From: Octopus sinensis
Taxonomy: Eukaryota
NCBI RefSeq assembly: GCF_006345805.1
Contig: NC_043003.1
Location: 87,482,001-87,546,000 of the forward strand
Length of the DNA stretch: 64,000 nt
Direction of reading: 5' to 3'
Made by a program: the position numbers and the translations under genes
Shown: positions 33,370 to 47,460 of the stretch, one piece after another
Position numbering within the stretch: the stretch's first letter is position 1
How the letters are laid out: every line of letters starts with the position of its first letter
The notes under the pieces: model-generated
What the model was told of the DNA's origin: nothing
The model's database searches: none
Seen by the model: the letters and a program-made list of their open reading frames with translations, nothing else

Positions 33370-35780
33370 TGAGAGCTACCCGAATCAACATTGGCACAAT
33401 GAAAGGCATGTCTAGTGAGATTGATAAAATACTTGAGCAGATGTGTATTGTGTGCAAGAGGTATGATGGAGGGCAGCCTCAGCTAGACTACTCATGGACA
33501 AGAGACAGATCCAAATACTTATGGGCAGGAAGCATTGACAATTTAGGTAGCATATGTATTCTTTTGGCAGAGAAAAGGGTGGATAAGGAGATTGAGGTAG
33601 CCAGATTGTGTGAGAGGATTATTAAGCTAAGATTAGTTCTAGCTAATGTAACTGCATCGTTTATCGTTGCATATGCTCTATATGTCAGACTCACAGATAC
33701 TCAGGATTGTTTCTATGAATCACTTCTGCAGATAACCTTGATGGTGAAAGACAATGACATTCTCATCATGATAGGGGATTTCAATGGCCATGTTGAACAT
33801 AATCTGATGATTTTCATGGTGTGCATGAAAGCTACAGCTTTGGTTCCAGAAATGAGGAGGGAACAAGGTTGGTGGAGTTCTGTAATGTAAAAGACTCAAT
33901 GGTATGCAACCCCAACTTCAAGAAACCTGAATTAACTGCATCCTCGGTGGAGACATAAAGGCAAAGTCTTTTCTAGGCAAAGGATGTACAACTCAACATA
34001 GAGTTAGTGATTAGCAACTTGAGACTTAAGGCTAGAATGATCCCAAGATGCAAAAAAAGGAGTCTATGGAAGCTCAAGGATCCTTCAAGTGGGCAGACAT
34101 TTAGAGATGTCCTTAATGAAGCCTTTGATGTAAAAGAGTTAGAGCTGGAGACATACGACATAGAGGACAATTGGAAGTTCTAATGGGACAATCTACCGAG
34201 GCGATAGGTATATCTAACCAGGGCAGGAGCAGAAAGGAAGAGGTTTGCCTATGTCTTACAGCATAAAGATCAGAGACTTAAGGTGTTCCAGATTGCCAGA
34301 CGGTATGTTAGAGAGAATTGAGATGTTGTGGGAGAGAAGTGTGTCACCATCATCATCATCATCATCCTCATTTAACATCTGTTTTCTATGCTGGCCTGGG
34401 TTGGACGTTTTAACAGGGGCTGGCAAGACATATGTCTGCACCAAGCTTAATTGTTTGTTTTGGCAGGGTTTTTATGGCTGGGTGCCTTTCCTAACAACCA
34501 CCACTTTACAGAGTGGACTGAATGCTTTTTACGTAGCACCAGCACTGGCGTGGCCTGTTTGAGCATGGTTTTTACACCACCCACTTTACAATGTGGACTG
34601 GATGCATCAGCACTGGTGAGGTTACCAAGTAATTTACAAGACAAAGATCCTTTGAGGTGGGGATGGCATTGAAGAAAGTGGCCTTGTGCCAGGTGATGAG
34701 AGGTTAGAATGTGACAGGGATAAAAATAGGTGTCTTGCTGTAGAGGAGATACATGTTTACCCAGTCAGAGTGATCAAGAGAGAGTAGAAGAGAGTGAGAG
34801 GGTAGGAGGGAAAGAGAGAGTGGGAGAGAGATGGTGGTGAAGTGCCAAGGCATACCCTCAAGGTATGGGGATCAGAATATAAATGGAATGGTAAAGTAGA
34901 GCAAGAGAGATAATGGTACAGATAATGGTACACCTGCTCTTCATGGCCCTGGAAAGAAAGAAGCATGGAAGAGCTACTATGAAAGTCTATTACATGCAGA
35001 CCAACTATCCTAGTTGACAACAGCATTATAGATAAGGTAATTAAAGCTATGAAGACAGGGAAGGCCCTTGGTCCTTCTGGAGTCACTGTCAAGATGCTTA
35101 ATATATCTGGTAGAGTTGGATACAGTGTAGTCACTTATATAGTTAATCCAATTATTCAATAAGGCATAATTCCTAGTGACTGGTGCAGCAGTATCATAAT
35201 CATCTGCTACAAGGGCAATGGAGATGCTGTAGATAGAAGTAATTATAGAGACATCAAATTGATGGACCAATCGATGAAAGTTCAATTAGGAATAGAATTA
35301 AACTAGATGAAATACAGTTTGGCTTTGTTCAGGGGGAGAAGCACCACTGCAGCTATTTTCATATGCAAGCAACTGCAAGAGAAGTATTTAGCTAAGATCA
35401 AGCTGTTTTACCTGGAATTTGATGATCTAGAGAAAGCTGTTGAGAGAGTATCTTGTTCTGTGATATGGTGGCCTCTGTGAAAGCTAGAGATAGATGAATG
35501 ATGTCTACAGGCCATGTACAGGGGTTTTGTAAGTAAGGTAAGAGATGACCATATAAAAACATTTGTACAGGGGCCACACAAAAAGCACTGATGCAGGGGC
35601 CACATAAAAAGCATTGGTGGTGAGGTTATATAAAACACCCAGCACACTCAGTAAAGTGGTTGGCACACTATAGAAACCAAGCGAAAACAGACTATGAAAC
35701 TGGTGCAGCCCCTATCCTTTCCAATTCCTATCAAGCCATCCAATTCTTAGCAGCATGGAAAACAGACATTAAATGATGAT
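33370..35780 (+). mobile_element. Old, highly degenerate RTE LINE with a nested minus-strand RTE tail (~34340-34760) and its own tail (~35560-35780)
   Basis: Fragments read LRATRINIGTMKG, IMIGDFNGH, MKTGKALGPSG and GEKHHCSYF-like RT pieces. The reverse terminus follows (CAT)n at 34348. Confidence 0.8.
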
Positions 35781-35818
35781 AATATATTAATTATTTCAAG
35801 GATATAAATACTTCTTAA

Positions 35819-36944
35819 AGGGTTGTCAGCATCCAAGTCCCCCAGTTTTATCCAGTGTATACTAAAAGATGTTAGCTTCACATTTATAGATGTGGGTACA
35901 TTACCATTTATGTATAAGAAAAAGAAGAAAATGGAGAAATTGACAAATAGACATCAATTTATTGAAACAAATCCAATTTCAAACAATATCAAACTCATAG
36001 AACCTGCAATTGTTTCCATGTCCAATCAATTAATTCAAATTAAAAAAATGAAATTAAAGATTCATATTGAATTGTAGTTAATTGAACATTTCATTAGGGT
36101 CAGAACTTCTTTTTCTTATATATATATGTATATGCATACGCACACACACACATATATATCAGGTCACTCTTATTGCTACTGACAACATGTAACCCAGTTC
36201 ACTCTATCACATGGTTGAGTTGTAGGCAACTAAAATGACAACACTTTCAAGCTTTCTTGATCAAGAGGATGGTTTTCACTGGGCAATTTGTGGAACAAAA
36301 AGAAAACCTGTTAAGTAGAGTCAACAACCACCCAATAGCTGGAATTGGGAGACCCCTATTCTCTGTTTGGTGGGAGACCTTAGTCTCTGTCTTTCTAGGA
36401 AGAGGAAAACCCTGAGGTAACACCTTGCAATTTTGCTTGCATCCAATGATGTATACTAGTTTCCTTTCTAAGTAAATTATGAACTTCATAGGCGCAGGAG
36501 TGGCTGTGTGGTAAGTAGCTTGCTAACTAACCACATGGTTCCGGGTTCAGTCCCACTGCATGGCATCTTGGGCAAGTGTCTTCTCGTATAGCCCCAGGCC
36601 GACCAATGCCTTGTGAGTGGATTTAGTAGACGGAAACTGAAAGAAGCCCGTTGTATATATATGTATATATGTATATGTGTGTGTGTGTGTGTTTGTGTGT
36701 CTGTGTTTGTCCCCCTAGCATTGCTTGACAACCGATGCTGGTGTGTTTACGTCCCCATCACTTAGCGGTTCGGCAAAAGAGACCGATAGAATAAGTACTG
36801 GGCTTACAAAGAATAAGTCTTGGGGTCGATTTGCTCGACTAAAGGTGGTACTCCAGCATGGCCGCAGTCAAATGACTGAAACAAGTAAAAGAGTTCATTA
36901 GTTTACTGCTGTTTCTGCTATAAGGTGTAGTGGACTCATAGCTG
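35819..36944 (+). repeat. Left copy of inverted duplication (partner 49103-49826), interrupted by a SINE
   Basis: Near-identical reverse-complement sequence; the ORF track shows the same spurious peptide at 35823(+) and 49559(-). Confidence 0.95.
36490..36893 (+). mobile_element. Full-length tRNA-derived SINE with 5-bp TSD (TTCAT)
   Basis: Head GGCGCAGGAGTGGCTGTGTGGTAAG...GGTTCAGTCCC, internal (TA)/(TG)n, tail CAGTCAAATGACTGAAACAAGTAAAAGA. TTCAT lies at 36485 and 36894, and the empty site is at about 49145. Confidence 0.93.
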
Positions 36945-38209
36945 AGTAACACCTTATAGCCTCAAACATGAAGTGATAAAGATAACTTTTGTCATACATT
37001 TTTCTTATTACCACTCAGTATTCAACTAATTCAGAAGCATATGTATACTGAGTTCTACACCAGGTTACTAGTATCACAATGCCCAAGTGAAATGTGTATG
37101 TGAGAGAGAGAGAGAGAGAGATAGAGAAAGAGAGAGATATTTGTAAGAAGCATTACCATCATAAAAGCAGCATCTCGTTGGAGATACCCTTAATTCATTC
37201 TCACTCTCTATCCTAAACGTGAGTGGCCATGTAGTTCCCCTACAAGAACCTGCTCTACTTCAACCTCTTCTATCGTACCTTAACTCCCATAAAACAGAGG
37301 CAACATCCTACCTCCCTGAGTTTGTTGATTGGTGGGCTATATGGTGATCAATAGTGGCAGTGGCATGAAAAACTCACCCAGTACAGACTGTAAAATGATT
37401 GGCATTAGGAAGGGTATCTAGTATTAGAGTACAATGCAGTTCTTGACTCATTGGATCCTTCTAAAACTGTTCAACCCATGCCAGCATGAAACATGGGCAT
37501 TAAATGATGATGATGATATGTTTGTGTTTGTGTGTGTGTGTGTGTGGTGGAGTTCACCTAAAACAATAGTTCCACAGTAAATGATCAATAAATCCAAACA
37601 AATAACAATGTAATATCAGTTCACATAAATGAACAACATTTAACTATATAAAATAAATTGATTTAGATTTAGTTTTAATAATTTCTTAAACTGATGCAAG
37701 ACTACAAATTTTGTAGAGGGATTAGTCAAGTAAATTGATCCCAGTATTTGACTGGCACTTTATTTTAATGACCTCAGTAGGATAAAAGATCAAGTTGATT
37801 GCTAAAGGATCTTTACTCAGGACGAAAAGAACTGGAATAAATAGTAATGTGCTAAGGATTTTGCCAATGCTCTGCACCAGCATATTTGCTTCTCAACCAC
37901 ATGCTTTCATGTTCAGTCTGACTATGTGGCAATTTAGATGTGCCTTTTGTTGGATTGTCATATAAATTTCTGTATTTTTTTCATTTATTTTAATTCTTAA
38001 TTTTTATTGAGAATTTTATTGATAATAGAGCTACAAAAACCCATAAAATACTACAATAAAAATATTTTTTGTGTCAATACAATTAATACTGGAGAAAACA
38101 AATGAATTTATCTGATAACCCAGTACTTAGCCTTGGGCTGTCCAAACCCTTATGAGTGGATTTGGTAGAAGAAAACTGAAAGAAACTTGTTATGTGTGTG
38201 TATATGTCC

Positions 38210-39030
38210 TCTGGTTCAACCCGATTTTTGGTTCGCCTGTTTCAACCAAGATTGCTGAAAAATTTTTTGCTGCTTTGAACAAATGTTTTCTTAAATCTAA
38301 TTGGTATCATGCTATTTCTAATCGGTATACTGTGAAGTTATCCTATGCCAACTCTGCTAATTTAGAGCAGTTTATGCATCACATAAACAATAGCAAAATG
38401 TGGCAAAGGTTCAATAACCCACCGACTGGATCTAGCAAACATATGCATCTAAATACCAACCAAGGAGATGTAAACTGCAATGATAAACACCAATTACGAC
38501 CAAATTGTAGCAGAAAAAATACTTATGATACAGCTAACACAGTAACAACGTCAGTAAATGGAGTTGGGATTGCCTTACATACAGATAAATATGATAACTG
38601 GTCATGCAGAGAAAAGTCAAAATGTCCTTTGATGAATCTCTGTGTGAGTAAAAAATCTTGTATATAAATGTACCGCACACACAAGAGAAGGGCTGTATGT
38701 TTACATTGGGCAGACGGTCGATTCATTTAAGAATTATTGTCATAACCATGTTGCCAGCTTTAAGACAATCAATAAGATATATTCAACATCTTTGGCAGAT
38801 TTTATATGGCGACTGAAGGAGGATAAAATGAAGCACAGCATAATTTGGTCCATAGTAAGGTACACGAAACCATACAATATAATCTCCAGAAGATGCTGTC
38901 TCTGCTCCGAGGAATCCCTGTCTATTCTGTGGACTAACGAGAAGATCATTAATAGAATTTCTGAAAGACTCTTGAGATGCCTACATGTACATAAATGTAC
39001 TTTCACACAATGCAATAAGAATGAATTTTG
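38210..39030 (+). mobile_element. PLE fragment: linker + CxC-type GIY-YIG endonuclease
   Basis: Translation gives WFNPIFG..VSTKIAEKF...NRYTVKLSY, then WSCREKSKCPLMNLC, then ADFIWRLKE...IIWSIV...PYNIISRRCCLCSEE. Confidence 0.82.
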
Positions 39031-39271
39031 AGTAACCGTTAACATAATTTAGTTTACTTTAAAGTATGGATGACTTAAGTTTACAACTCTTATCCACACC
39101 TTACAATTACACGTGCACACATGTATATATCCATTTTCACAACTATGGATACATAAGTGTGCAAACAACCAAGAACCTATCACTTCTTATATAGTTTCTC
39201 ATATATCTAACTATATAAATGTGCATATATGCATACATACACATGTCCATACTTATATCTATATAAGCCTG

Positions 39272-39309
<38 letters not shown>

Positions 39310-39809
39310 TATACACATGTACACACAAACATACTCACCCACACATATATATATATACATACACACATACATACATATACATATATATATACATACACTC
39401 AAACAATGCACACTCGTACATACAGACACAATACATGTATTCACTTATACATACAAAGCCCTATACCTACACATACACACAGAAATAGGGCTGCAATCAT
39501 ATGTACTTATATGTGTGCACACACATGCATAGATACACACATACATGTATACATACATATATGCATCTGCACATGCAGCATACATCCATACATACATACA
39601 TACATACATACACTCAAAAGTACATGCAAGTATCTACCTGGAAAAAGTAAATTGCGTACTAGTTAGGGTGGGAAGAACCAGGGCATAAATTGCAAAAGGG
39701 GATATGGCAAACATTATATGGTGACCATGTACAGGAAGGTATTGATAATAGGAATAATGTTATTATGATACGAATAAGGAATACGAATAGTGCTGGTGGG
39801 GGTTAAATA

Positions 39810-40500
39810 ACTAGTACTAATAGTATTTAGAGAAAGTGTGCTTGGTTTTGTGAAGGCAGGAAATATTTCTCTCCTTAAGAGAATTTACAAGCGGAAGGTT
39901 GGCTTTAATCATGAAGAAAATTTCATTTACACATAACTTATATTTCCTATTCTTTGTACTATACACTGGTGCAGTGGTTAAAATCTTCCAATGTAAGTTA
40001 TACTCAATTCCCTTATCCTTAAGTTCCCATATGTAGTTGCTCAATCCCGTTGATTATATACCTTACTACCAGATTGTGTACTTAATACACATTGTTATAC
40101 TACTTCCTTTCTAATGCAATTATTGCTGAATACACAATTCCTGCTAATTCTACAATCACAGGTTCCATATAGCTGTGTGGGGGTAATATTGTGGGTAGCA
40201 TTAGGTATTGCATTATTAGTGCTGTAGCTATTGTTGATACTAATAATATTATTGTTGTTATTACTATTGAAATTGCTCATATCACTATTATTGTTGTTGT
40301 TGTTGTTGTTGTTATTATTGATTTCAATATTATTATTATTATTATTATTATTATCATTATTATTATCATTGTTGTTGTTTCTATCATCATCATCATCATC
40401 ATCATCACCAATACCGCTATTACTACTATTATTACCATCATTACTATTATTACTCTTGTGGTTAGTGTGCATATTACTGTTGTTATTTTTTCTACTTATA
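39810..40500 (-). mobile_element. PLE fragment: poly-Asn linker + CxC-type GIY-YIG endonuclease, convergent with the 38210 copy
   Basis: An N-run, then TCDCRISRNCVFSNNC..EVV, then SNYIWELKDKGIEYNLHWKIL...LCVNE. The YIG/FKxR part is deleted. Confidence 0.8.
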
Positions 40501-42190
40501 TATGAACCTTATGAACCTTTAATAAATACATGCGGGACTAGTTCATCATACATACTAGCACCTAGTAATTAAAATGCACCCTAGAAATGAGCAGAGTAAT
40601 AATAATAATAATATTGCACACTGTTCCCTAGCCTGAATTATAAATATAAACCATTATGTACAATCAGATAACTGAGTATAATATAATGCAATTTACTATA
40701 GCTAAAACTACCTAATGCATCATAATACATGGATGCCTATACCCCATAGTTGACACCCTTATCCGAACACAAATACCTCTAATTTGCATCTGCAACTGAT
40801 ATTACCTCTTCCCTTAGACCTAAATTGAATGCTATTCCAATACAGAATTAATTAATTTAAGTAGCTAGAACTACCTTGGTTACCCCCTTTAGCTATACAT
40901 AGAATCACCGATAGTGGTATATATATATATATATAATATATATCCATGTAAGCATTTTCTTCAAACTACCTCTTTTAAATAAAACATTTAACTTAATAAT
41001 TTTAATACTATAACACAGTGCCATTCCTCTAATACTTTATATCTAATATTCTATATTTTACTAGTATAAGTTTTTGAACTGAATAATTATAAGTTAGCAA
41101 AACAAACAACCACTACCCTTCCAGTCCAGTCCACTTTTGTCCCTATTCATGAAAACCTCCTTCTTCTGGCCTCTGACAACAATGAATCCCCTATCTAGCT
41201 CCTATATTACATTTAACCATATACAGTAGATTCCTCCAATAGATAGATATATGTTTTATATTTACTTTTTTTATGCTGTCCTTTAGGATCCTCTTCCCTT
41301 GGTCCTATTATTTCAGTTATCGCACTTACTCATTTATTTACTTGTTTTTAATTTTATTTTGCTTTTTTACTTGCCCATACTGGCAATGGTTTATATATTT
41401 ATTTGATTTATTTTTGCCTTATCTATTAACCATCAACGAACTGGAACCATGTCATGGTTTTCAAAAAAATAGCTGACCAATTAGGTTGTAGGACTGACCA
41501 TGACCCCCGCCCCACTACACCTAGGGATTCTGAGACTTGTTGATTGGCATAAAAATAACAAACACTAACACCACACTTTAGTCACCACCTGGTTCCTTAC
41601 TCTCATTGGTACACTTATATACCAAATTTTCCCATGATGGGTTCACCTTCATAGGCTGCTTATACCATACCATCTGCAATGTTGCACCTACATATGAACT
41701 TTCACTTCCATAACATGGATCATACCTTCAAATCCTCCACTGTATTTCTATGTAAACATAATGCAAACTACTGCCTAAATACACCCTTCCTAAAAACTCC
41801 CCCAAAGAACAACTATACTCACCTATCCACTATTGGACGAAATAACATGGATCCTGGATTACATCACGGGAAGTTTGTAGCTTATTTCTCCTTTCTGTAT
41901 CTAATTCTTTTTAATATGCTATACTTCTCTCACAGCCTCATATTTTCTCCTATTCTTTTTCTGCCCTTTTCAATAATGACAAATACATTGTACCTATTGT
42001 TGACTGTTTATTATATGTATTAGCCCTCCTAACCACTTAGACCCTCTGAAGGAGCCTAGAGGCACACTCATCAACCAAACTTTATCTGCCCATCCCTACA
42101 GAACCCTGAAGAGATGTGCATATTTTCAGCTCAACCGACCACATAATGTACACATTATATATATATATAAGTACATATTTACTCTTTTAC

Positions 42191-42346
42191 TCTTTTACTT
42201 GTTTCAGTCATTTGACTGCGGCCATGCTGGAGCACCGCCTTTTAGTACTTATTCTATCGGTCTCTTTTGCCGAACCGCTAAGTAACGGGGACATAAGCAC
42301 ACCAGCATCGGTTGTCAAGCAATCTAGGGGGACAAACACAACACAC

Positions 42347-42377
<31 letters not shown>

Positions 42378-42536
42378 CGACAGGCTTCTTTCAGTTTCCG
42401 TCTACCAAATCCACTCACAAGGCTTTGGTCGGCCCGGGCTACAGTAGAAGACACTTGCCCAAGATGCCACGCAGTGGACTGAACCCGGAACCATGTGACA
42501 GGTAGACGCTACTTACCACACAGCCACTCCTGCGCC
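42191..42536 (-). mobile_element. tRNA-derived SINE (same family as 36490)
   Basis: Reverse complement of the head, body and tail of the 36490 element. Confidence 0.9.
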
Positions 42537-42557
42537 TATATATGCATTATTTATATA

Positions 42558-42590
<33 letters not shown>

Positions 42591-42619
42591 GCGTGCGTGT
42601 GTGTGTGTGTGCATGTGTG

Positions 42620-43283
42620 TACGCATTATATAGAGGATTTTGTTGCCTCTTGGCAGAAACAGCCGTAAGGAACTGACATTTTGCTTTTTTCTGTAATATT
42701 AATACATGCGTGTGTAACACATAGTTACTACATGTGTATGTTTCCTTCTAATACTTCCTAATGCTTTGGAATAAATAGATACACTGGACTGTTTACCGGA
42801 TAATGTATGCTGTTTAGTATCCTCTCCATTTTCTTATATATATATATATATAACGTTATAGATAGAAGGTGAAAGGAAGGAAGGAAAGAGTGTGAGTGAT
42901 GGAGAAAGACAGACACATAAAAGAATGAGAGTAGAGTTGTCAAAGTGTGCGTTTTTGGTCCTAGCAACGACACCTTTTAAGATGGGGATTTCTAACCTAG
43001 CCCACTGGCATCCTCGCCTCATTTTACATGTGCCTGTAAATTTTGGAGTCAATCCGACGGGATCTAGTGCCCTTTAACCCGTTCCAATGCCAAAAACCAG
43101 ACAAACACACTTTTTGCATCCGGGTCTACTCAGGCCACATTCTATAAGATGTGGAATTTTGTCTTATAGGTCACGCCTTTCATTTGAGGAACGCATTATA
43201 TATATATGTGTGTGTGTGTGTGTATGCATTATATATACAAATGTATACACTCTTAACCGCGCGTAGAGTGGGTCACCTTAAGC

Positions 43284-43316
<33 letters not shown>

Positions 43317-43830
43317 ATATATATATATAAATACAGATATATACACTTTGTATATATACATATTTATATATAGAACACACACACACATATAAATTAACCC
43401 AATAAATATCTGATTCATAATATTTGTTCTCGTGATTGTGTGGTGGTGGTGGCAACGATAATTCTCACTATGAATGTAGACAGACATAGAGAGAGAGAGA
43501 GAGAATGACAGCGCTGGCCAATGCTGCGGGGGGAAAGACAGTAGACGCTGTGAAACGTCGCTATAGAGAGAAAGTGAAAGGACGGGAGGAAAGAGAGGGA
43601 GTCGGGGGAAGACAGGCAGATAAGAGAATGGGAGCAGACTTTCAAAGTGTGCGTTTTTTGCCCTAGTAACCACACCTTTTAAGATAGGGATTTATAACTT
43701 GCCCACCCACATCCTCACCTCATTTTACATGTCCCTGTAAATTTTGGAGTCAGTCCGACGGGATCTAGTGCCCTTTAACCCGTTCCAATGCCAAAACCAG
43801 ACAAACAAACTTTTCGCATTTCAGATTTAT
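42620..43830. repeat. Fragments of an unidentified non-autonomous repeat, also at ~46600-48350
   Basis: CTTTTAAGAT.GGGATTT...CATTTTACATGT.CCTGTAAATTTTGGAG..A.TC.GACGGGAT.TAGTG occurs at about 42975, 43677 and 48215. CCACATT.TATAAGATG.GGAATTTTGTC occurs at about 43135 and 47242. Confidence 0.75.
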
Positions 43831-43854
43831 AGATATTGATATATATATATACAT

Positions 43855-43917
<63 letters not shown>

Positions 43918-44089
43918 TGTATTATGTATGTATGTATGTATGTATGTATGTATTTCAAGAGGAATGAAGATAAGGAACAATTCTTTACAAAAATGAAGAT
44001 ATTAGGATGGGCAATGATGTACAAGGGAAAGTGTCTTGTGAAGGAGCTCAATGAAACAGATATGCATACAATTTCTTGTACATTGTGAG

Positions 44090-45500
44090 GACATTATTAT
44101 ACAGACTGAGCTAATAGTTCTAGATGGGTTTATGGAGAAGTTGCTGTGATTTTCATATTTTCAGCCACTCAGTTTGGGGGAGAACTTTGTTATGAAGTAT
44201 TGTTCCATATTTTTTCTGAAGACGATGTCATTCCTTGGGCATTTATAAAAGGGAAAGATCTTAAATTTTCCTTCTCCACATGTTTCTAAGTGTTTACTCA
44301 GTGGAATCTTTCGCAGTTCCTCCTGTCGGACATGTCAGTGAATTCTGGCTCATTGACATAAAGAATTTCCAGTTTCGCCTATATAATTCTCCTTGCATGT
44401 GGGACAGGTTATGCAGTATATTACGTTCTCTGTCCAGCAATTCATGTCTGCATTTACTTTGAATTTTATTTGTTTGTTTTCCTCTATATATTTGTAGATG
44501 GGGTTACTGCAGATCCCACATCTACCATCTCCACACTCTTTTACAAAGAATTCGGTTTTATTCTCTGATGAGAATTTTGCCCATGTTAGTTGTTTCTTCA
44601 GGTTTTTCGCTTGGCATTTACTGTTTTTTATGCAATATTTGTTTAATAGTTTTCCCATTTTGAGGTTTTGTAGGACTATTGGTAAGTTTGAATGTATAAT
44701 TTGAAACATGTTGGTAACTCCAGGGTAGTGTGTGTTTATGAAAGGGATGATGTTTTCTTGAGATTCCATTTTTATTAATTTGAGTGGGTATTTCTGTTCT
44801 AGTAGGAAGTTTTTAAGTTCATTTAGTCTTATTTGGTGTTTGTGAGTCAGTCACTAAGCTGCATATGCGTCTTGCCATACTATATGGAATGTTTCCTTTT
44901 ATGTGGGATGGGTGGCAGGAGTAGAAATTTATATATTGGTTTGTGTAGGGTTTTTTTTGTAGTAGATGTCTGTTGTCACAATGGAGTTGTGTATCTTGAT
45001 CTTGATGTCTAGGAAGGGAAGTTCATTGTAGCTGGTATCTATTGTGAAGTTGATAGATGGGTGCAGTGTCTTGAGGATGTGGAATGTTCGTAGATCTTCT
45101 TCTGATCTGTTCCAAAAGATGAAACAGTCATCGAGGTAGCGTTTCCACTTTTCTTGATGTCTTCTCTGAAGTCGTGTTCAAAGATTTCCCTATTTCATCG
45201 TATAGTTTGTTCTCAAGGAAACCCATCACCAGGTTGGCATATGAAGGCACAAAATTCGTACTCATAGCTGTGTTTTTTATCTTTTGGTATGTCTTGTTGT
45301 TAAATGAGAATGTGTTTTCTTCAAGAATTAATTGGATGGCTTTGGTGATAAAGTCTGTTTTGAAATATTTATCTATGAGTTCCCTGTATTTTTCTACCCA
45401 TTGTTTTATCACTTCCGGACCCAGGGTGTGTGGTATAAGTTTGTGACATCGAAGCTTGCAAGTATGGTGTTTTCTTGAACCGTATTTGGAATTTGTATAA
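44090..45500 (-). mobile_element. Degenerate Neptune-type PLE (RT + GIY-YIG)
   Basis: Translation gives TAMSTNFVPSYANLVMG, RYLDDCFIFW, and CGDGRCGIC...NCWTENVIYCITCPTCKENYIGETG. Confidence 0.88.
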
Positions 45501-45745
45501 GTCAGTACCACTTGACTGGGCGCCACGTTGATGGCATGTAAAAAGCACCCACTACACTCTCAGAGTGGTTGGCATTAGGAAGGATATCCAGCTGTAGAAA
45601 CCTTGCCAGATCAGATTTGAGCCTGATGCAGCCCCCTGGCTTGCCAGTCCTCAGTCAAACCATCCAACCCATACCAACATGGAAAGTGGACGTTAAACAT
45701 TGATGATATATATATATATAAACAATTATAGCCACATATATATAC

Positions 45746-45801
<56 letters not shown>

Positions 45802-46269
45802 ACACACACATATATATATATATATATAATATATATATATTATATATATATATATTATATTTATATATATATATACCACATATGCATTCATATATATATT
45901 ATATATATATTATATATATATATATATATATTACATATACATACATACCTATATATAAATATATAAGTAGTTGAATGAATTATCCTAGTATGGATAATTC
46001 GGTAACCGATACCCGGGTAGCAAATTCACGTCAGAAAAACACGGTTGAAGCTACATGCCAAGGGCAGAGATCATGTGCTTTCGTGTGGAAATTTGTGTGA
46101 AGGTGGCATAATGCACCCCTTATTCCTTCGAAATTAGGAATATGCAGTCTTCGAAACATATGTCGAGAATAAAGCAATTTTGTTAAATAGTCGTTCAACT
46201 CCATTCTTTCATTTATTTATATATAAATACTAGCTGAAGGTGACGCGCTCTACGCGCGGGTAAGAGTGT

Positions 46270-46600
46270 GGTTGTTACTTTCTGTTGCTTCCTTTCAGCA
46301 CGTAAAAAGCACCATCCGAATGTGGATGACTGCAGCGCCGCCTTGACTTGCTTCTGTGCCGGTGGCACGTAAAATGCACCAACCGATCGTTGCCGCTGCG
46401 AGCCCCCCTGGCACCTGTGCCGGTGGCACGAAAAAGGCACCCACTACACTCACAGAGTTGTTGGCGTTAGGAAGGTCATCCACCTGTAGAAACACTGCCA
46501 GATCAGACTGGATCCTGGTGCAGCCTCCTGGCTTCCCAGACCCCAGTCACACTGTCCAACCCGTGCTAGCACGGAAAACGGACGTTAAACGATGATGATG
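46270..46600 (+). mobile_element. Orphan RTE 3' tail (3 units); another lies at ~45505-45705
   Basis: GCACGTAAAAAGCACC units, the conserved terminus and (GAT)n. Confidence 0.85.
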
Positions 46601-47417
46601 ATTCTCCGTATTTGTTTCTCTCTCCTTTCTCTCTCACTTTCCCACTCTCTTACTTTTCTTTTCTCTCGGACTCTCCCTCGCTTTCTCTTACTCTCTATCT
46701 TTATCTATCTCTCTCCCATTTATAAACAACAGAAGATCTTGAGTAAGTTGAGAAATAAAATATTTAGAAAGATCAATCAGAAATATGAGGCAGTGGCAAT
46801 GGAAAGGTCTGCTTCAAGGCAGACAGCAAAACGCTAACATTAAAAGGGACAGACGAACTTGCGAGCTGAATAAAAATAATAAAATATTGGAAACCAAAGT
46901 TTGAAGGGATAGAATCTGAGGATAGTAGAGTCACCATGGCTGGCATTTCTTAACAACGGACAGCAACGTAGTGACAGTTTAACGGCTGGTTGTAAAATTT
47001 GAACTTGATGTAAAAGAAAATTCGTAAACACCAAGTTTTGAAGTGATTCTTTCTCACGACAGTAGACTCACCATGGCAAGCATTCAAAACTTCTTTATCA
47101 TGGACGGCAAATTTTTTAGCTTGATGTAACAGAGAATTCCTAAACACCCGCTCCTTTAAATTTTAATCCCCTTCCAGCCCCATTTAGACCCCTTTTCACA
47201 TTTTGGTTAATATAACCCGATTTCATTCGGGTCTACTGGGGCCACATTTTATAAGATGAGGAATTTTGTCCTAGAGGTGACGCCTTTCATTTGAGGAAAA
47301 AAATAGTTGTCATGCAAACTTGCCAGCACTTTTAACATAGGTGTGCATATTTTCAGCTGAATCGACCGACTACGTAATGCACACATTATATATATATGTG
47401 GTATATTAATATATATA

Positions 47418-47460
<43 letters not shown>

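Noticed and set aside
35823-36077. Same peptide encoded at 35823(+) and 49559(-)
   Set aside because: Explained by recent DNA duplication; no recognisable domain or codon-level evidence.
46119-46173. Hammerhead halves (TCTTC-GAAAC-ATAT-GTC-GAGAATAA; similar at ~25070, ~8065, ~26745, ~42047, ~59600)
   Set aside because: Either the CUGAnGA or the GAAA half is too degenerate to call, although they may be decayed relatives.
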